In this document: piece after piece, positions 55,459 to 64,000 of the stretch
How the letters are laid out: each line of letters opens with the position of its first letter
How positions within the stretch are numbered: the stretch's first letter is position 1
From: Candidatus Enterousia sp.
GTDB lineage: Bacteria > Pseudomonadota > Alphaproteobacteria > Rs-D84
Length of the DNA stretch: 64,000 nt
Assembly (NCBI GenBank): GCA_045629645.1
Contig: JAZQRR010000027.1
Location: forward strand, 25,968-89,967
Direction of reading: 5' to 3'
Made by a program: the position numbers and the translations under genes
Notes under the pieces: generated by a model
Databases searched by the model: none
Told to the model about the DNA's origin: nothing
The model's input: the letters and a program-made list of their open reading frames with translations, nothing else

Positions 55459-55517
55459 ATTGAAAACACATTTTTTATTTTGTATCTTATCAAGACTGAT
55501 ATTCATAGGGGAAAATA

Positions 55518-55712
55518 ATGGATGAAACAAAGTTGTCTTTTGAAGAAGCGTACAAGCAATTAACCGATTTGGTCAAAAAAATGGAATCTGGCGAATTGCC
55601 GTTGGCGGATTCTGTCGCGGCGTATGAACAGGGTATTAAGTTAAAGGCTTATTGCGAACAGTTGTTAAAAGAAGCAGAATTGAAAATTGAAACATTAAAA
55701 GTAAATGCTTAA
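55518..55712 (+). CDS. xseB: Exodeoxyribonuclease VII small subunit
   Basis: 64 aa with LSFEEAYKQLTDLVKKMESGELPLADSV..YEQG. Confidence 0.85.
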   Translation: MDETKLSFEEAYKQLTDLVKKMESGELPLADSVAAYEQGIKLKAYCEQLLKEAELKIETLKVNA

Positions 55713-55731
55713 TTTTTTATACTAAACGGAT

Positions 55732-58260
55732 TTGGTTGTGGCAGAAAAAAGTAAATTAACCCCTGTTATGCAACAATATGTGGATATGAAGTCTGAAAAT
55801 CCAGACGCATTGTTGATGTTTCGTTTGGGGGATTTTTATGAATCTTTCTTTGAAGATGCAAAAATAATAAGTTCTGTTCTGGGGTTGGTTTTAACCGCGC
55901 GTGGAACAGATGCGGACGGTGTCAGCATACCAATGTGTGGTATTCCTTGGCATGCGGCAGATAATTATTTTGGGCGTTTGGTTCGTGCAGGGCACAAGGT
56001 TGCGTTGGTTGAACAGATGGAGACCCCTGCCCAGGCCAAGGCGCGCGGACATAAATTCATTGACCGTCAGGTTGTGCGTGTTTTGACATCAGGGACCCTA
56101 ACGGACGAGAATTTATTAACCCCAAAAAATTCAAATTTTTTGATTGCTGTATCTCCGATATCTGGTGGTAAGTATGATATTGCGGGTTGTGATATTTCAA
56201 CGGGTGAATTTTTTGTTGGTCAAACACGTGATTTGGTTGATGATTTGGTTCGCATCTCTCCGGCCGAGGTTATATTTCCGTTCTCGGCGGCCGAAGAAAA
56301 AAATATTATGTCTGTGCGTTCTATGTTTAAGTCATCGCCTGTTTACGAAAAATTGTATCATCGCAGTGATATTGGTACGGTTGTTGCGCGTGTTTTTGGT
56401 GGCGCAATTGATGCAGAATCTATAACCACGGATGTTGACGGTGCAATATGTTTGTTGGCGGGATATTTATTTAATACCCAGCGTGATGCCACAATAACGT
56501 TTCGCACGCCTTATACATTTAAGTCTGGACGCCAGTTGTTGATTGATTCTGCAACATGGAAAAGTTTGGAGATAGACGCGCCAATCAATGATGGTGGTGC
56601 TTGTTTAATTGATGTTTTGGATGAAACTAATACGGCCGCAGGTGCGCGTAAATTGCGTTCTTATTTGCGTAATTTATCGGGGGATGTATCAGAAATAATA
56701 TCGCGTCAGATGCATATTTCACACTTTGTGTCGAATCCAGATGTTATGTCTTCTGTGTCTAATATGTTATCGACGGTTCCTGATGTTGGGCGTTCTTTGT
56801 CCAGATTGTTATCTGGACGTGGTACGCCACGTGATATGCGTTATGTTTATGATTTTCTGATGGTTTTACCACGCGCCCAGATTTTGTCTGCCCGTTTTGA
56901 TGCTGGTTTTTCAGCACGTTTTGCGTCTATTCGTACACACAGTGATTTGGCAGATAAGTTGGCGCGTGCCTTGGCGGATGAATTGCCAACATTTTTCCGT
57001 GATGGTAATGTGATTCGCGATGGTTTTGATGTGTCATTGGATAATATGCGTGGTCTGTCGCGTGGTGCGCGTGAAACAATCGCGGCATTACAGGCGGAAT
57101 ATATATCAAAAACATCTGTTAACACATTAAAGATAAAATATAACAATATTTTGGGATATTTTATAGAGGTTCCATCTGCGCGTGCAGAATCTTTGATGGC
57201 ACCAGAATCAGGTTTTATTCATCGTCAAACCATGGCTGGTAATATGCGCTTTACGACCGCGCGCCTGATTGATTTAGATAATGATGTGCGCAGTGCTGCT
57301 GAAAAAGCCGCCGCCATCGAATCCGAAATCATAAATTCTTTTATATCAGAAATTCGTGATATTGCAGACGATTTGTTATCGACTGCAGATTTATTGGCAG
57401 ATGCGGACGTTTGGTTGTCTTTGTCGCAGGTTGCGTCCAGATATAACTGGGTGTGTCCAACGATAACTAACGATTGTGCGTATGATGTTGTTGGTGGTCG
57501 TCATCCTGTTATCGAATCGGTATTACGTTCGCGTGGTGATAATTTTGTAAAAAACGATTGTAATTTAAATGCGCATTCGATTGCATTGTTAACAGGTCCA
57601 AATATGGCGGGTAAATCAACATATTTACGCCAGAATGCAATAATTGTTGTTTTGGCTCATTTGGGGTCTTTTGTTCCTGCTGCGCGTGCAACGATTGGTA
57701 TTTGTGATCAGTTATTCAGTCGTGTTGGTGCATCTGATAATCTGGCGGCGGGCCAATCAACATTTATGGTAGAGATGAGCGAGACTGCAAATATCTTAAA
57801 TCGTGCAACCAAACAGTCTTTTATAATATTTGACGAGATTGGACGTGGTACAGCGACATATGATGGTATGGCGATTGCACAGGCAGTACTAGAATTTTTA
57901 AATGAAATGTGTCCACGTACATTGTTTGCAACACACTATCATGAATTAACGTCATTGGCGACCAGTGATTGTTTACAACACGTGTCTTGTTTGACAATAG
58001 ATGTTCGTGAACATAATAATGAAATAATTTTTATGCATAAAATTATTGCAGGTGTTGCGAATCGGTCTTATGGTATTCAGGTTGCAAAAATGGCAGGTAT
58101 GCCCGAATCGGTTGTTTCGCGTGCAGAATGTGTTTTAAATTCGTTGGAATCAAATTCGATAACAAAATCATCTGTGATTCAATCAGAAAATAAAAAACCA
58201 ACACGTCAGAAATCTTGCGTGTCCGATTCTTTACCGCCACAGTTAAGTTTATTCGGATAA
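55732..58260 (+). CDS. mutS: DNA mismatch repair protein MutS
   Basis: 842 aa with a TTG start. It has TPVMQQY, GDFYE and the Walker A motif GPNMAGKST. Confidence 0.95.
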   Translation: MVVAEKSKLTPVMQQYVDMKSENPDALLMFRLGDFYESFFEDAKIISSVLGLVLTARGTDADGVSIPMCGIPWHAADNYFGRLVRAGHKVALVEQMETPAQAKARGHKFIDRQVVRVLTSGTLTDENLLTPKNSNFLIAVSPISGGKYDIAGCDISTGEFFVGQTRDLVDDLVRISPAEVIFPFSAAEEKNIMSVRSMFKSSPVYEKLYHRSDIGTVVARVFGGAIDAESITTDVDGAICLLAGYLFNTQRDATITFRTPYTFKSGRQLLIDSATWKSLEIDAPINDGGACLIDVLDETNTAAGARKLRSYLRNLSGDVSEIISRQMHISHFVSNPDVMSSVSNMLSTVPDVGRSLSRLLSGRGTPRDMRYVYDFLMVLPRAQILSARFDAGFSARFASIRTHSDLADKLARALADELPTFFRDGNVIRDGFDVSLDNMRGLSRGARETIAALQAEYISKTSVNTLKIKYNNILGYFIEVPSARAESLMAPESGFIHRQTMAGNMRFTTARLIDLDNDVRSAAEKAAAIESEIINSFISEIRDIADDLLSTADLLADADVWLSLSQVASRYNWVCPTITNDCAYDVVGGRHPVIESVLRSRGDNFVKNDCNLNAHSIALLTGPNMAGKSTYLRQNAIIVVLAHLGSFVPAARATIGICDQLFSRVGASDNLAAGQSTFMVEMSETANILNRATKQSFIIFDEIGRGTATYDGMAIAQAVLEFLNEMCPRTLFATHYHELTSLATSDCLQHVSCLTIDVREHNNEIIFMHKIIAGVANRSYGIQVAKMAGMPESVVSRAECVLNSLESNSITKSSVIQSENKKPTRQKSCVSDSLPPQLSLFG

Positions 58261-58275
58261 AATGGAATAAGAAAA

Positions 58276-58683
58276 ATGATTGATAAAAACAGTATTTTAA
58301 TACAGTCTTATATGAACAAAGATCGTTGTGGCAATAATATGACGGTTGTCTATGACAGAAAATCATATGATAAATATATATCACAATATTTTAATAACCA
58401 GACGCTGGCAGATTGTTTATTTCCGGTTTTTGTCTTGCACAGTTATGCGGGCGGAACGGCGTCTGTTACATCAGAAGTGCTAAGGCTTATTGTTGCAAAC
58501 AGTTACGATATTGATAAAGAAAACGGCAAGGTTTATGCCGTTAATACATACGAAGGCGCGCGTATTCAAATACCGTCTGATTACAAGATTATAAATCCTG
58601 CGGGCTGGCAGATATATCCACAAAAACGCACAATGGTTCTGGAAGACGTATACAGATTTGTGTGCAGAAATTTACACAGATAA
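58276..58683 (+). CDS. Hypothetical protein
   Basis: 135 aa, located between mutS and truB. I recognise no family. Confidence 0.4.
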   Translation: MIDKNSILIQSYMNKDRCGNNMTVVYDRKSYDKYISQYFNNQTLADCLFPVFVLHSYAGGTASVTSEVLRLIVANSYDIDKENGKVYAVNTYEGARIQIPSDYKIINPAGWQIYPQKRTMVLEDVYRFVCRNLHR

Positions 58684-58687
58684 TACC

Positions 58688-59566
58688 ATGCAAACACCGT
58701 CGGGCTGGATCATCTTAGACAAAGATAGTGGGCTGTTTTCCAGAACGGCTGGTGGTCGCATTGCACGTATGTTGGGAACAAAAAAATATGGGCATATCGG
58801 TACGTTGGATCCGATGGCGACGGGTGTGTTGCCAATTGCGATTGGTGATGCAACCAAGATGATTCCGTTTATTGAAGAAAATGCACCGTCTGAAAAAGAA
58901 TATTTATTTTCTTTTCAGTTTGGTTATCAAACAGACACATTGGATATCACAGGTCGTGAAATTCAGCGTGATAACTTTATTCCAGATGAAAATACTGTAA
59001 AATCTGTTTTGTCTGAATTTATTGGTCGTATAATGCAGGTACCACCACAGTATTCAGCGGTTCATGTATCTGGTCGTCGTGCGTATGATGTTGCGCGTCA
59101 GGGCAGGGTGCTGGATATTCCGCCACGTCCGGTGGAAATATACAGTCTGGAATATTTGGGACAAAGTGGTCAATCGTGGAATTTTCGTGTTTGTTGCAGT
59201 CGTGGCACATATGTTCGCTCATTGGCGCGTGATATTGCAAAATCGTGTGGTGCGTACGCAACGGTTGATATGATACGTCGTGTTCGAACAAACGGTTTTG
59301 ATATAAAAGATTCGGTAAAACTTGATTTTTTAGAAAAAGTATTTAATAATAGTGGAAATTTCGGGGATAACCTGAAATCGACAGATTTTGGACTGGGGGA
59401 CATTCCGGTTTTGAATCTGGCGGATAAGGACGCTGTTTTTTATAAAAATGGTGGCTTTATCAGAACGGATGTGTGCGTTGGCAGATATCGTGTTTATTCC
59501 GGTAAGGTGTTTATTGGTATTGGCATGGTTTCTGATGGTTTGCTGCGTCCACAAAGAACAATATAA
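58688..59566 (+). CDS. truB: tRNA pseudouridine55 synthase
   Basis: The internal ATG gives [15 protein letters not shown]. The catalytic motif is [16 protein letters not shown]. Confidence 0.9.
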   Translation: MQTPSGWIILDKDSGLFSRTAGGRIARMLGTKKYGHIGTLDPMATGVLPIAIGDATKMIPFIEENAPSEKEYLFSFQFGYQTDTLDITGREIQRDNFIPDENTVKSVLSEFIGRIMQVPPQYSAVHVSGRRAYDVARQGRVLDIPPRPVEIYSLEYLGQSGQSWNFRVCCSRGTYVRSLARDIAKSCGAYATVDMIRRVRTNGFDIKDSVKLDFLEKVFNNSGNFGDNLKSTDFGLGDIPVLNLADKDAVFYKNGGFIRTDVCVGRYRVYSGKVFIGIGMVSDGLLRPQRTI

Positions 59567-59582
59567 AACAAAGGAAAAAACA

Positions 59583-59855
59583 ATGTCCATTACAAAGACA
59601 AAAAAATCTGAATTGATTCAGGCTTATAAAATATCTGATAAAGACAATGGTGGTTCCGTTGAATCTCAGGTTGCTGTTTTAACAGAACGTATCCGTAATT
59701 TGACAGAACATATGAAGGCTAATCACAAAGACAATCATTCTAAACGTGGTTTGTTGTTGATGGTTAACCGTCGTAAAAAATTGTTGGCTTATATCAAAAA
59801 GCGCAACGTAGAAGATTACGAAGCCTTGATTAAAAAGCTGGGTCTGCGTAAATAA
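59583..59855 (+). CDS. rpsO: 30S ribosomal protein S15
   Basis: 90 aa from the internal ATG at 59583, with [22 protein letters not shown]. Confidence 0.95.
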   Translation: MSITKTKKSELIQAYKISDKDNGGSVESQVAVLTERIRNLTEHMKANHKDNHSKRGLLLMVNRRKKLLAYIKKRNVEDYEALIKKLGLRK

Positions 59856-59883
59856 AAAAATCCCGCGTTTTGCGGGTTTTTTT
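59854..59883. terminator. Bidirectional rho-independent terminator
   Basis: CCCGC-GTTTT-GCGGG hairpin flanked by A and T runs, between the convergent rpsO and virD4 genes. Confidence 0.75.
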
Positions 59884-62125
59884 ATATTTTTAGTTCACGT
59901 ATTTGTTTGGTTTTTGCATCATATACTTTTGGTGTACCTTCGTATCCCAGTGCATTATGATGCTTTGGTATCATGTATTCTGGAATTGGTGATGCACGTT
60001 CCATTTTTACTTTATCGTTAATCGCAATTTGTATTTTATTCTTGCGCAAGAAGTGCCATTCGCCATCCGCTTCGATTGGTCTGTTGTAATGTCCTTGGTA
60101 CAGAACGATTTGTCGTGCGTCTGGCAATGTCATCAAATCCATAGGCGAGAACAAGTCTTCTTCTTTATCTACTTCGATATCTTTTCCGTCTGGTCCTTTT
60201 TCCTTTTTCTTGGTTTTTTTCTTGCCAATCATACGTGTGAACTTTTCTGCGGTTGCATAATCGTTAACGCGCAATATGATTTTTGCAGCAGTATTTGCGA
60301 TGATTGTTTCAGCAGCTTTATCGCCATACTTGTCTTGAATCTGACTGATATCCTGACCCACAATCAGATAAGAAACCTTTTGTCCACGACCAACGGCAGG
60401 ACCTTGGATTATTGCTTCCAGTTTATTCATTGTTGGCATTTCGTCCAATACAAACAGCGCAGGATAAGGTCCCAATTTTTGACCGTGATTTATCTTTTCT
60501 GGTGGGTTTGCAATCAAGAACTTTGACAACAGTTCAATAAACATACTGGTAATTGGCTTAAACGCAGGCGCATCAGCAACGTTCATTGACAGATATATTG
60601 TAATAGGTTTAATTTTTCCGTCTGTTGGATCCACCATACCGCGCATATCGCTGAAATGTATATCTGAATGTCTGGTGTGTTTGTTCACCGCAGGATGTCT
60701 GAAAATGTTCAATCCTGCGTTCATTGTTGACATAATAGAACCACGTTCCTTGTCAGGTGTGTTTGCCAAGTTAATCAGCGCGGAAATTGCATCACTGTCG
60801 TACGAATACAGGCGCGCTTCATTTATAGCTCCGTTCAAAAAGTCTTTCATTGGGTCAGCCATCATAACCATCTGGTCGCCTTGACGTTTTCTTTCTTCGA
60901 TATCATTTGCGACTTTGATTTGACCTTCGACGTACCACGCCAAGAACATTGGAATTGATGCTTCTGCGCCATGCCATTCTGTTGGCAGACCGCCCCATGT
61001 ACCAACGTGTACATAATTATCAATATTCAATTCGCCACGTTGCAGCGCAGACATTGCAGCGTATGCGTTCGGATCTGATGACATTGTCATATAATAATCC
61101 ATCAGTACGACTGCGTCTTGTTCGTCAAAAGTGCTGTTTTTTAATCTGTTATAGAAATAATCGTTTGCCTTGGCGCGTTCCACCTTGGATACAATAAAGT
61201 TAACAAAGCCTGTTAATGCCGCACGTGCAGTATTTGACCAGTGTGGATCTTTGGCGTTTTCTTCAATGATAGTATTAACGATAACTTGGATGTAAGTACT
61301 GCGTTCTTCAAGTGTTTCTGGCAAGTTTTCAGGAGATAATGGATTCCATGCTGGATAATATATTCCGTTTTCTGGTTCGTCAGGTGCGGCCCAGTTTAAT
61401 ATAAACACTGGTCCAACTGTTGCGCGATATCCAGAAGTGTCCCTGTCCAATTCTGGTTTTGGGTCATTTATAATCATTGAAACGTTGTCGCAACCTAAGA
61501 TAGTAGGAATAACGACGCCCTGTGTTTTACCAGTACCAGCAGGCGCCAACAACAATGCGGACAAGCAAGAATCCATTTTCAAAGGTTTGTCTTTGAAATA
61601 TCCCAAAACCATCATAAAACCACCGAATAAACCTTCGTTGTTTTTGTGGTCTGCCTTCATTTTTTTGATGTCACCAACAGTTGCCTTGCGCGAAGATTTT
61701 TCATCAAATTTATCTTTGGAATGTGGGTTAAATTCGTCAGTCATTGTTGCGTCTGACAGCAGATAGTATGCAATAACTGGTAATAATGGCGTGATGCATG
61801 CAATATCAGGACGTAAAATACAGCGCACCAACCAGTCCGGAATCTGGGCCAAAACAGATACACCAAATGTGTTAAGCGCTTGTTGCAGGTAAATCCATAT
61901 CCACTGTTTCGTTGCAGGGGACCAGCCGTATCGCCATATTTGTTCAACAGGAAATGCGCATGCGACCAAAAAAGCCGCGATTAACCATACTATAATAGTC
62001 CATCTGATTGACCAGAATTCGCGCGCCAAAGGTGTTTTTTCGTGTTCTTTATACGCATCAGATTTGAATATGCCGATGCCTTTGCCCTTGCCGGACATAG
62101 ATAAAAAGTTGAATTTAACTGCCAT
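59882..62125 (-). CDS. virD4: Type IV secretion coupling protein VirD4/TraG
   Basis: 747 aa with N-terminal TM segments, the Walker A motif LAPAGTGKTQGVVIPT and Walker B-like LFVLDEMP. Confidence 0.9.
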   Translation of the reverse strand: MAVKFNFLSMSGKGKGIGIFKSDAYKEHEKTPLAREFWSIRWTIIVWLIAAFLVACAFPVEQIWRYGWSPATKQWIWIYLQQALNTFGVSVLAQIPDWLVRCILRPDIACITPLLPVIAYYLLSDATMTDEFNPHSKDKFDEKSSRKATVGDIKKMKADHKNNEGLFGGFMMVLGYFKDKPLKMDSCLSALLLAPAGTGKTQGVVIPTILGCDNVSMIINDPKPELDRDTSGYRATVGPVFILNWAAPDEPENGIYYPAWNPLSPENLPETLEERSTYIQVIVNTIIEENAKDPHWSNTARAALTGFVNFIVSKVERAKANDYFYNRLKNSTFDEQDAVVLMDYYMTMSSDPNAYAAMSALQRGELNIDNYVHVGTWGGLPTEWHGAEASIPMFLAWYVEGQIKVANDIEERKRQGDQMVMMADPMKDFLNGAINEARLYSYDSDAISALINLANTPDKERGSIMSTMNAGLNIFRHPAVNKHTRHSDIHFSDMRGMVDPTDGKIKPITIYLSMNVADAPAFKPITSMFIELLSKFLIANPPEKINHGQKLGPYPALFVLDEMPTMNKLEAIIQGPAVGRGQKVSYLIVGQDISQIQDKYGDKAAETIIANTAAKIILRVNDYATAEKFTRMIGKKKTKKKEKGPDGKDIEVDKEEDLFSPMDLMTLPDARQIVLYQGHYNRPIEADGEWHFLRKNKIQIAINDKVKMERASPIPEYMIPKHHNALGYEGTPKVYDAKTKQIRELKI

Positions 62126-62180
62126 AATGATATTATTATATCATAAAAAAGATATTTTATAAATCAGGAAATAATAAAAA

Positions 62181-62837
62181 ATGAAAAATATTCCACGAAT
62201 TTTTGTTGCAGATAATGTGGCGGCTAATACGGTTTTGCCCGCCCCGCGAGAGGTTGTACACTATCTGTCACGTGTAATGCGAACAGACACTTGTTTGGTT
62301 TTTGGTGGTGGGCGCGAATTTACTGCGGTTTTGTCCCCAGATTTGTCCTCGTTGATTATTGGACAGCAAACAGAACACACAGATCCTTCTAATGATATAA
62401 CCTTGATGTTTGCGTCAATAAAAAGGACGGACGACTTGTTGAATATGGCGACTCAGATGGGGGTTGCATGTTTTCAGCCTGTTATAACACAGCGAACAAA
62501 TGCAAATCATATAAATTGGACGCGTATGAATAAAATTGTTATTGAAAGTGCGGAACAATCTAATCGTAACAGTGTTCCAAAAATTTTGCCGCCGATAAAG
62601 TTTTCGGATGTTGATTTATCGACGGTTGTGTTTGCTGATGAACGTGCCGCATATGGTGGTACTGTTTCGGAAAATGTGGATAATGTAAAATATCTTATGA
62701 TTGGGCCCGAAGGTGGTTTTTCAGAATCCGAATTCAGCGCGCTTGATTCTGCGGGTGCGCGTGGTATATCTTTGGGACGTACGATTTTACGTGCGGAATT
62801 AGCGGCTTCGATTGCGATTGCGCGGGTGGTGAAATAA
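62181..62837 (+). CDS. rsmE: 16S rRNA m3U1498 methyltransferase
   Basis: 218 aa, beginning RIFV and containing the IGPEGGFSESE motif. Confidence 0.8.
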   Translation: MKNIPRIFVADNVAANTVLPAPREVVHYLSRVMRTDTCLVFGGGREFTAVLSPDLSSLIIGQQTEHTDPSNDITLMFASIKRTDDLLNMATQMGVACFQPVITQRTNANHINWTRMNKIVIESAEQSNRNSVPKILPPIKFSDVDLSTVVFADERAAYGGTVSENVDNVKYLMIGPEGGFSESEFSALDSAGARGISLGRTILRAELAASIAIARVVK

Positions 62838-63535
62838 TGGGTATCAGACTGGCAAAATATTTATCGGATTCTTCTGTTGCGTCACGCAGATATGCCGAAG
62901 ATTTAATTCGTGCAGGACGTATCTGTGTAAACGGTGTTGTTGTTGATACGCCTGTTTATTTTGTGGAAGAAGGTGATGTTGTTACATTGGACGGTAATGA
63001 AATTGCGCCACGTAACACAACGGATGTATATATGTTTCATAAGCCGATAAATACAATGACAACATTACGCGACCCAGATGGTCGTAAAACAATATATGAT
63101 TGTTTGCCGGACAGTTTCAGAAATTTAAAATATGTCGGTCGTTTAGATTTTAAAACAACAGGACTGTTATTATTAACAAATGATGGTGATTTGGCGCGTC
63201 GTCTGACATTACCGTCGTCGCATATACCACGCACATATATTGCGACGGTTGATAGTATTGATTCTGTGGGAATTGCGCGTGCGCGTCGTGGCGTAACGGT
63301 TGATGGTATTCGTTATGCGCCAATGGATATTACGGTTTTAGATTCTTCAAATTTGCGTGTTACGATTTGCGAAGGAAAAAAGAACGAAGTTAGAATTGTT
63401 TTGCGTTCTTGTGGTTGTCCGGTTCGTAAATTGCACAGGGTTTCGTTTGGGGATATTTTACTGGGGGATTTGCCAGTTGGTAAAATTTGTAAGTTATCAC
63501 AGAAAACAATTGACGCAATGTTAAAAAACTTCTAA
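62837..63535 (+). CDS. Pseudouridine synthase of the RsuA/RluB family
   Basis: 232 aa with an S4 domain (RLAKYLSDSSVASRRYAEDLIRAGRICVNG) and the catalytic motif GRLDFKTTGLLLLTNDG. Confidence 0.85.
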   Translation: MGIRLAKYLSDSSVASRRYAEDLIRAGRICVNGVVVDTPVYFVEEGDVVTLDGNEIAPRNTTDVYMFHKPINTMTTLRDPDGRKTIYDCLPDSFRNLKYVGRLDFKTTGLLLLTNDGDLARRLTLPSSHIPRTYIATVDSIDSVGIARARRGVTVDGIRYAPMDITVLDSSNLRVTICEGKKNEVRIVLRSCGCPVRKLHRVSFGDILLGDLPVGKICKLSQKTIDAMLKNF

Positions 63536-63565
63536 TATTCTATTATCAAGGAAGGGAGTTTTGTA

Positions 63566-64000
63566 ATGAAAAAAACATCTGCTAAGAAGAATTCATCTGT
63601 AAAAAAAGGCGCAACTTTGCGTCCTGTGGCATCCAAACCAACAATTACACAACCTGCTAAAAAGGCGTGTTCTGGTGCATGGTCGGTGTCAATTTATATC
63701 TATTGGTTTATTATTTTGTTCTTTATTGCGGCGACGTTTTATATCTTGGGACGCAGTCACAATATGCAGTCAAACGTATCTGCGACACCAATCACAGAAG
63801 AGGTTTTATTACAAGCCGCAGATTATTATGAAACAGGCAAACAAAAATTGACGGTTGGTCAAGTTGACGAAGCAATCGCAGATTTGACTGCGGCGATTGA
63901 TGGTGGTGCTGCGTCTGTTGATACATATATTTTGCGTGGCGAAGCGTATATGCAGTCGGGTAATTATCGTGAAGCGATGACAGATTTTAATGCCGCGTTG
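63566..64000 (+). CDS. Membrane-anchored TPR-like protein (5' part, continues off the right edge)
   Basis: It starts with a basic N-terminus, then one TM segment (WSVSIYIYWFIILFFIAATFYIL), then a TPR-like sequence (AIADLTAAI....YILRGEAYMQSGNYREAMTDFNAAL). Confidence 0.55.
   Translation, partial: MKKTSAKKNSSVKKGATLRPVASKPTITQPAKKACSGAWSVSIYIYWFIILFFIAATFYILGRSHNMQSNVSATPITEEVLLQAADYYETGKQKLTVGQVDEAIADLTAAIDGGAASVDTYILRGEAYMQSGNYREAMTDFNAAL

Noticed and set aside
62127-62144. Palindrome ATGATAT-TATT-ATATCAT in the virD4/rsmE divergent spacer.
   Set aside because: It is purely A/T, short, and partly abuts the virD4 start codon region. Such palindromes are expected by chance at this composition.

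Overview
AT-rich, gene-dense bacterial chromosome segment, about 90 percent coding, with no rRNA, CRISPR array, transposase or integrase that I could recognise. The gene content points to a reduced alphaproteobacterial, Rickettsiales-like genome (inference). Supporting signs are a zinc-less 44-aa L36, a eukaryote-like type-2 IleRS, a scattered rvh-type type IV secretion system with a VirB6 paralog expansion, and broken-up classical operons.

Most of the window is housekeeping:
- a long minus-strand string mreC-mreD-mrdA-rodA-topA-dnaG
- rpmI-rplT-pheS-pheT
- ileS-small ORF-nth
- metG-small ORF-queH-fabD-fabG-mnmG
- accB-accC, rnpA-yidD, mreB, infC (AUU start), pal, rsmG-parA-parB, gpsA, der
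- a MacB-type ABC pair, rpmE, xseB-mutS, truB-rpsO, rsmE
- two tRNAs: Thr-CGU and Val-GAC

Accessory or unusual content:
1. T4SS parts sit at three separate loci: virB3-virB4 plus a secreted HExxH protein, five tandem VirB6/TrbL-like polytopic paralogs, and an orphan virD4.
2. ileS and metG are each preceded by a mini-ORF rich in the cognate amino acid (MKTQTIIIIK, MMIRMQI), then antiterminator/terminator structures. These are candidate ribosome-mediated attenuators of aminoacyl-tRNA synthetase genes.
3. Downstream of tRNA-Val lies a split, partly inverted set of tRNA-Val 3'-end copies carrying a 70-nt GC-rich insert.
4. An ACP-like protein has a Cys-rich C-terminal extension and sits inside a cassette-like segmental duplication that copies the 3' end of mnmG.
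5. Several small Cys-rich orphan proteins are present, including a tandem paralog pair.
6. The left edge carries a tail-fibre-like gene fragment next to a very AT-rich acyltransferase.

All functional calls rest on motif recognition by eye. No database search was possible.
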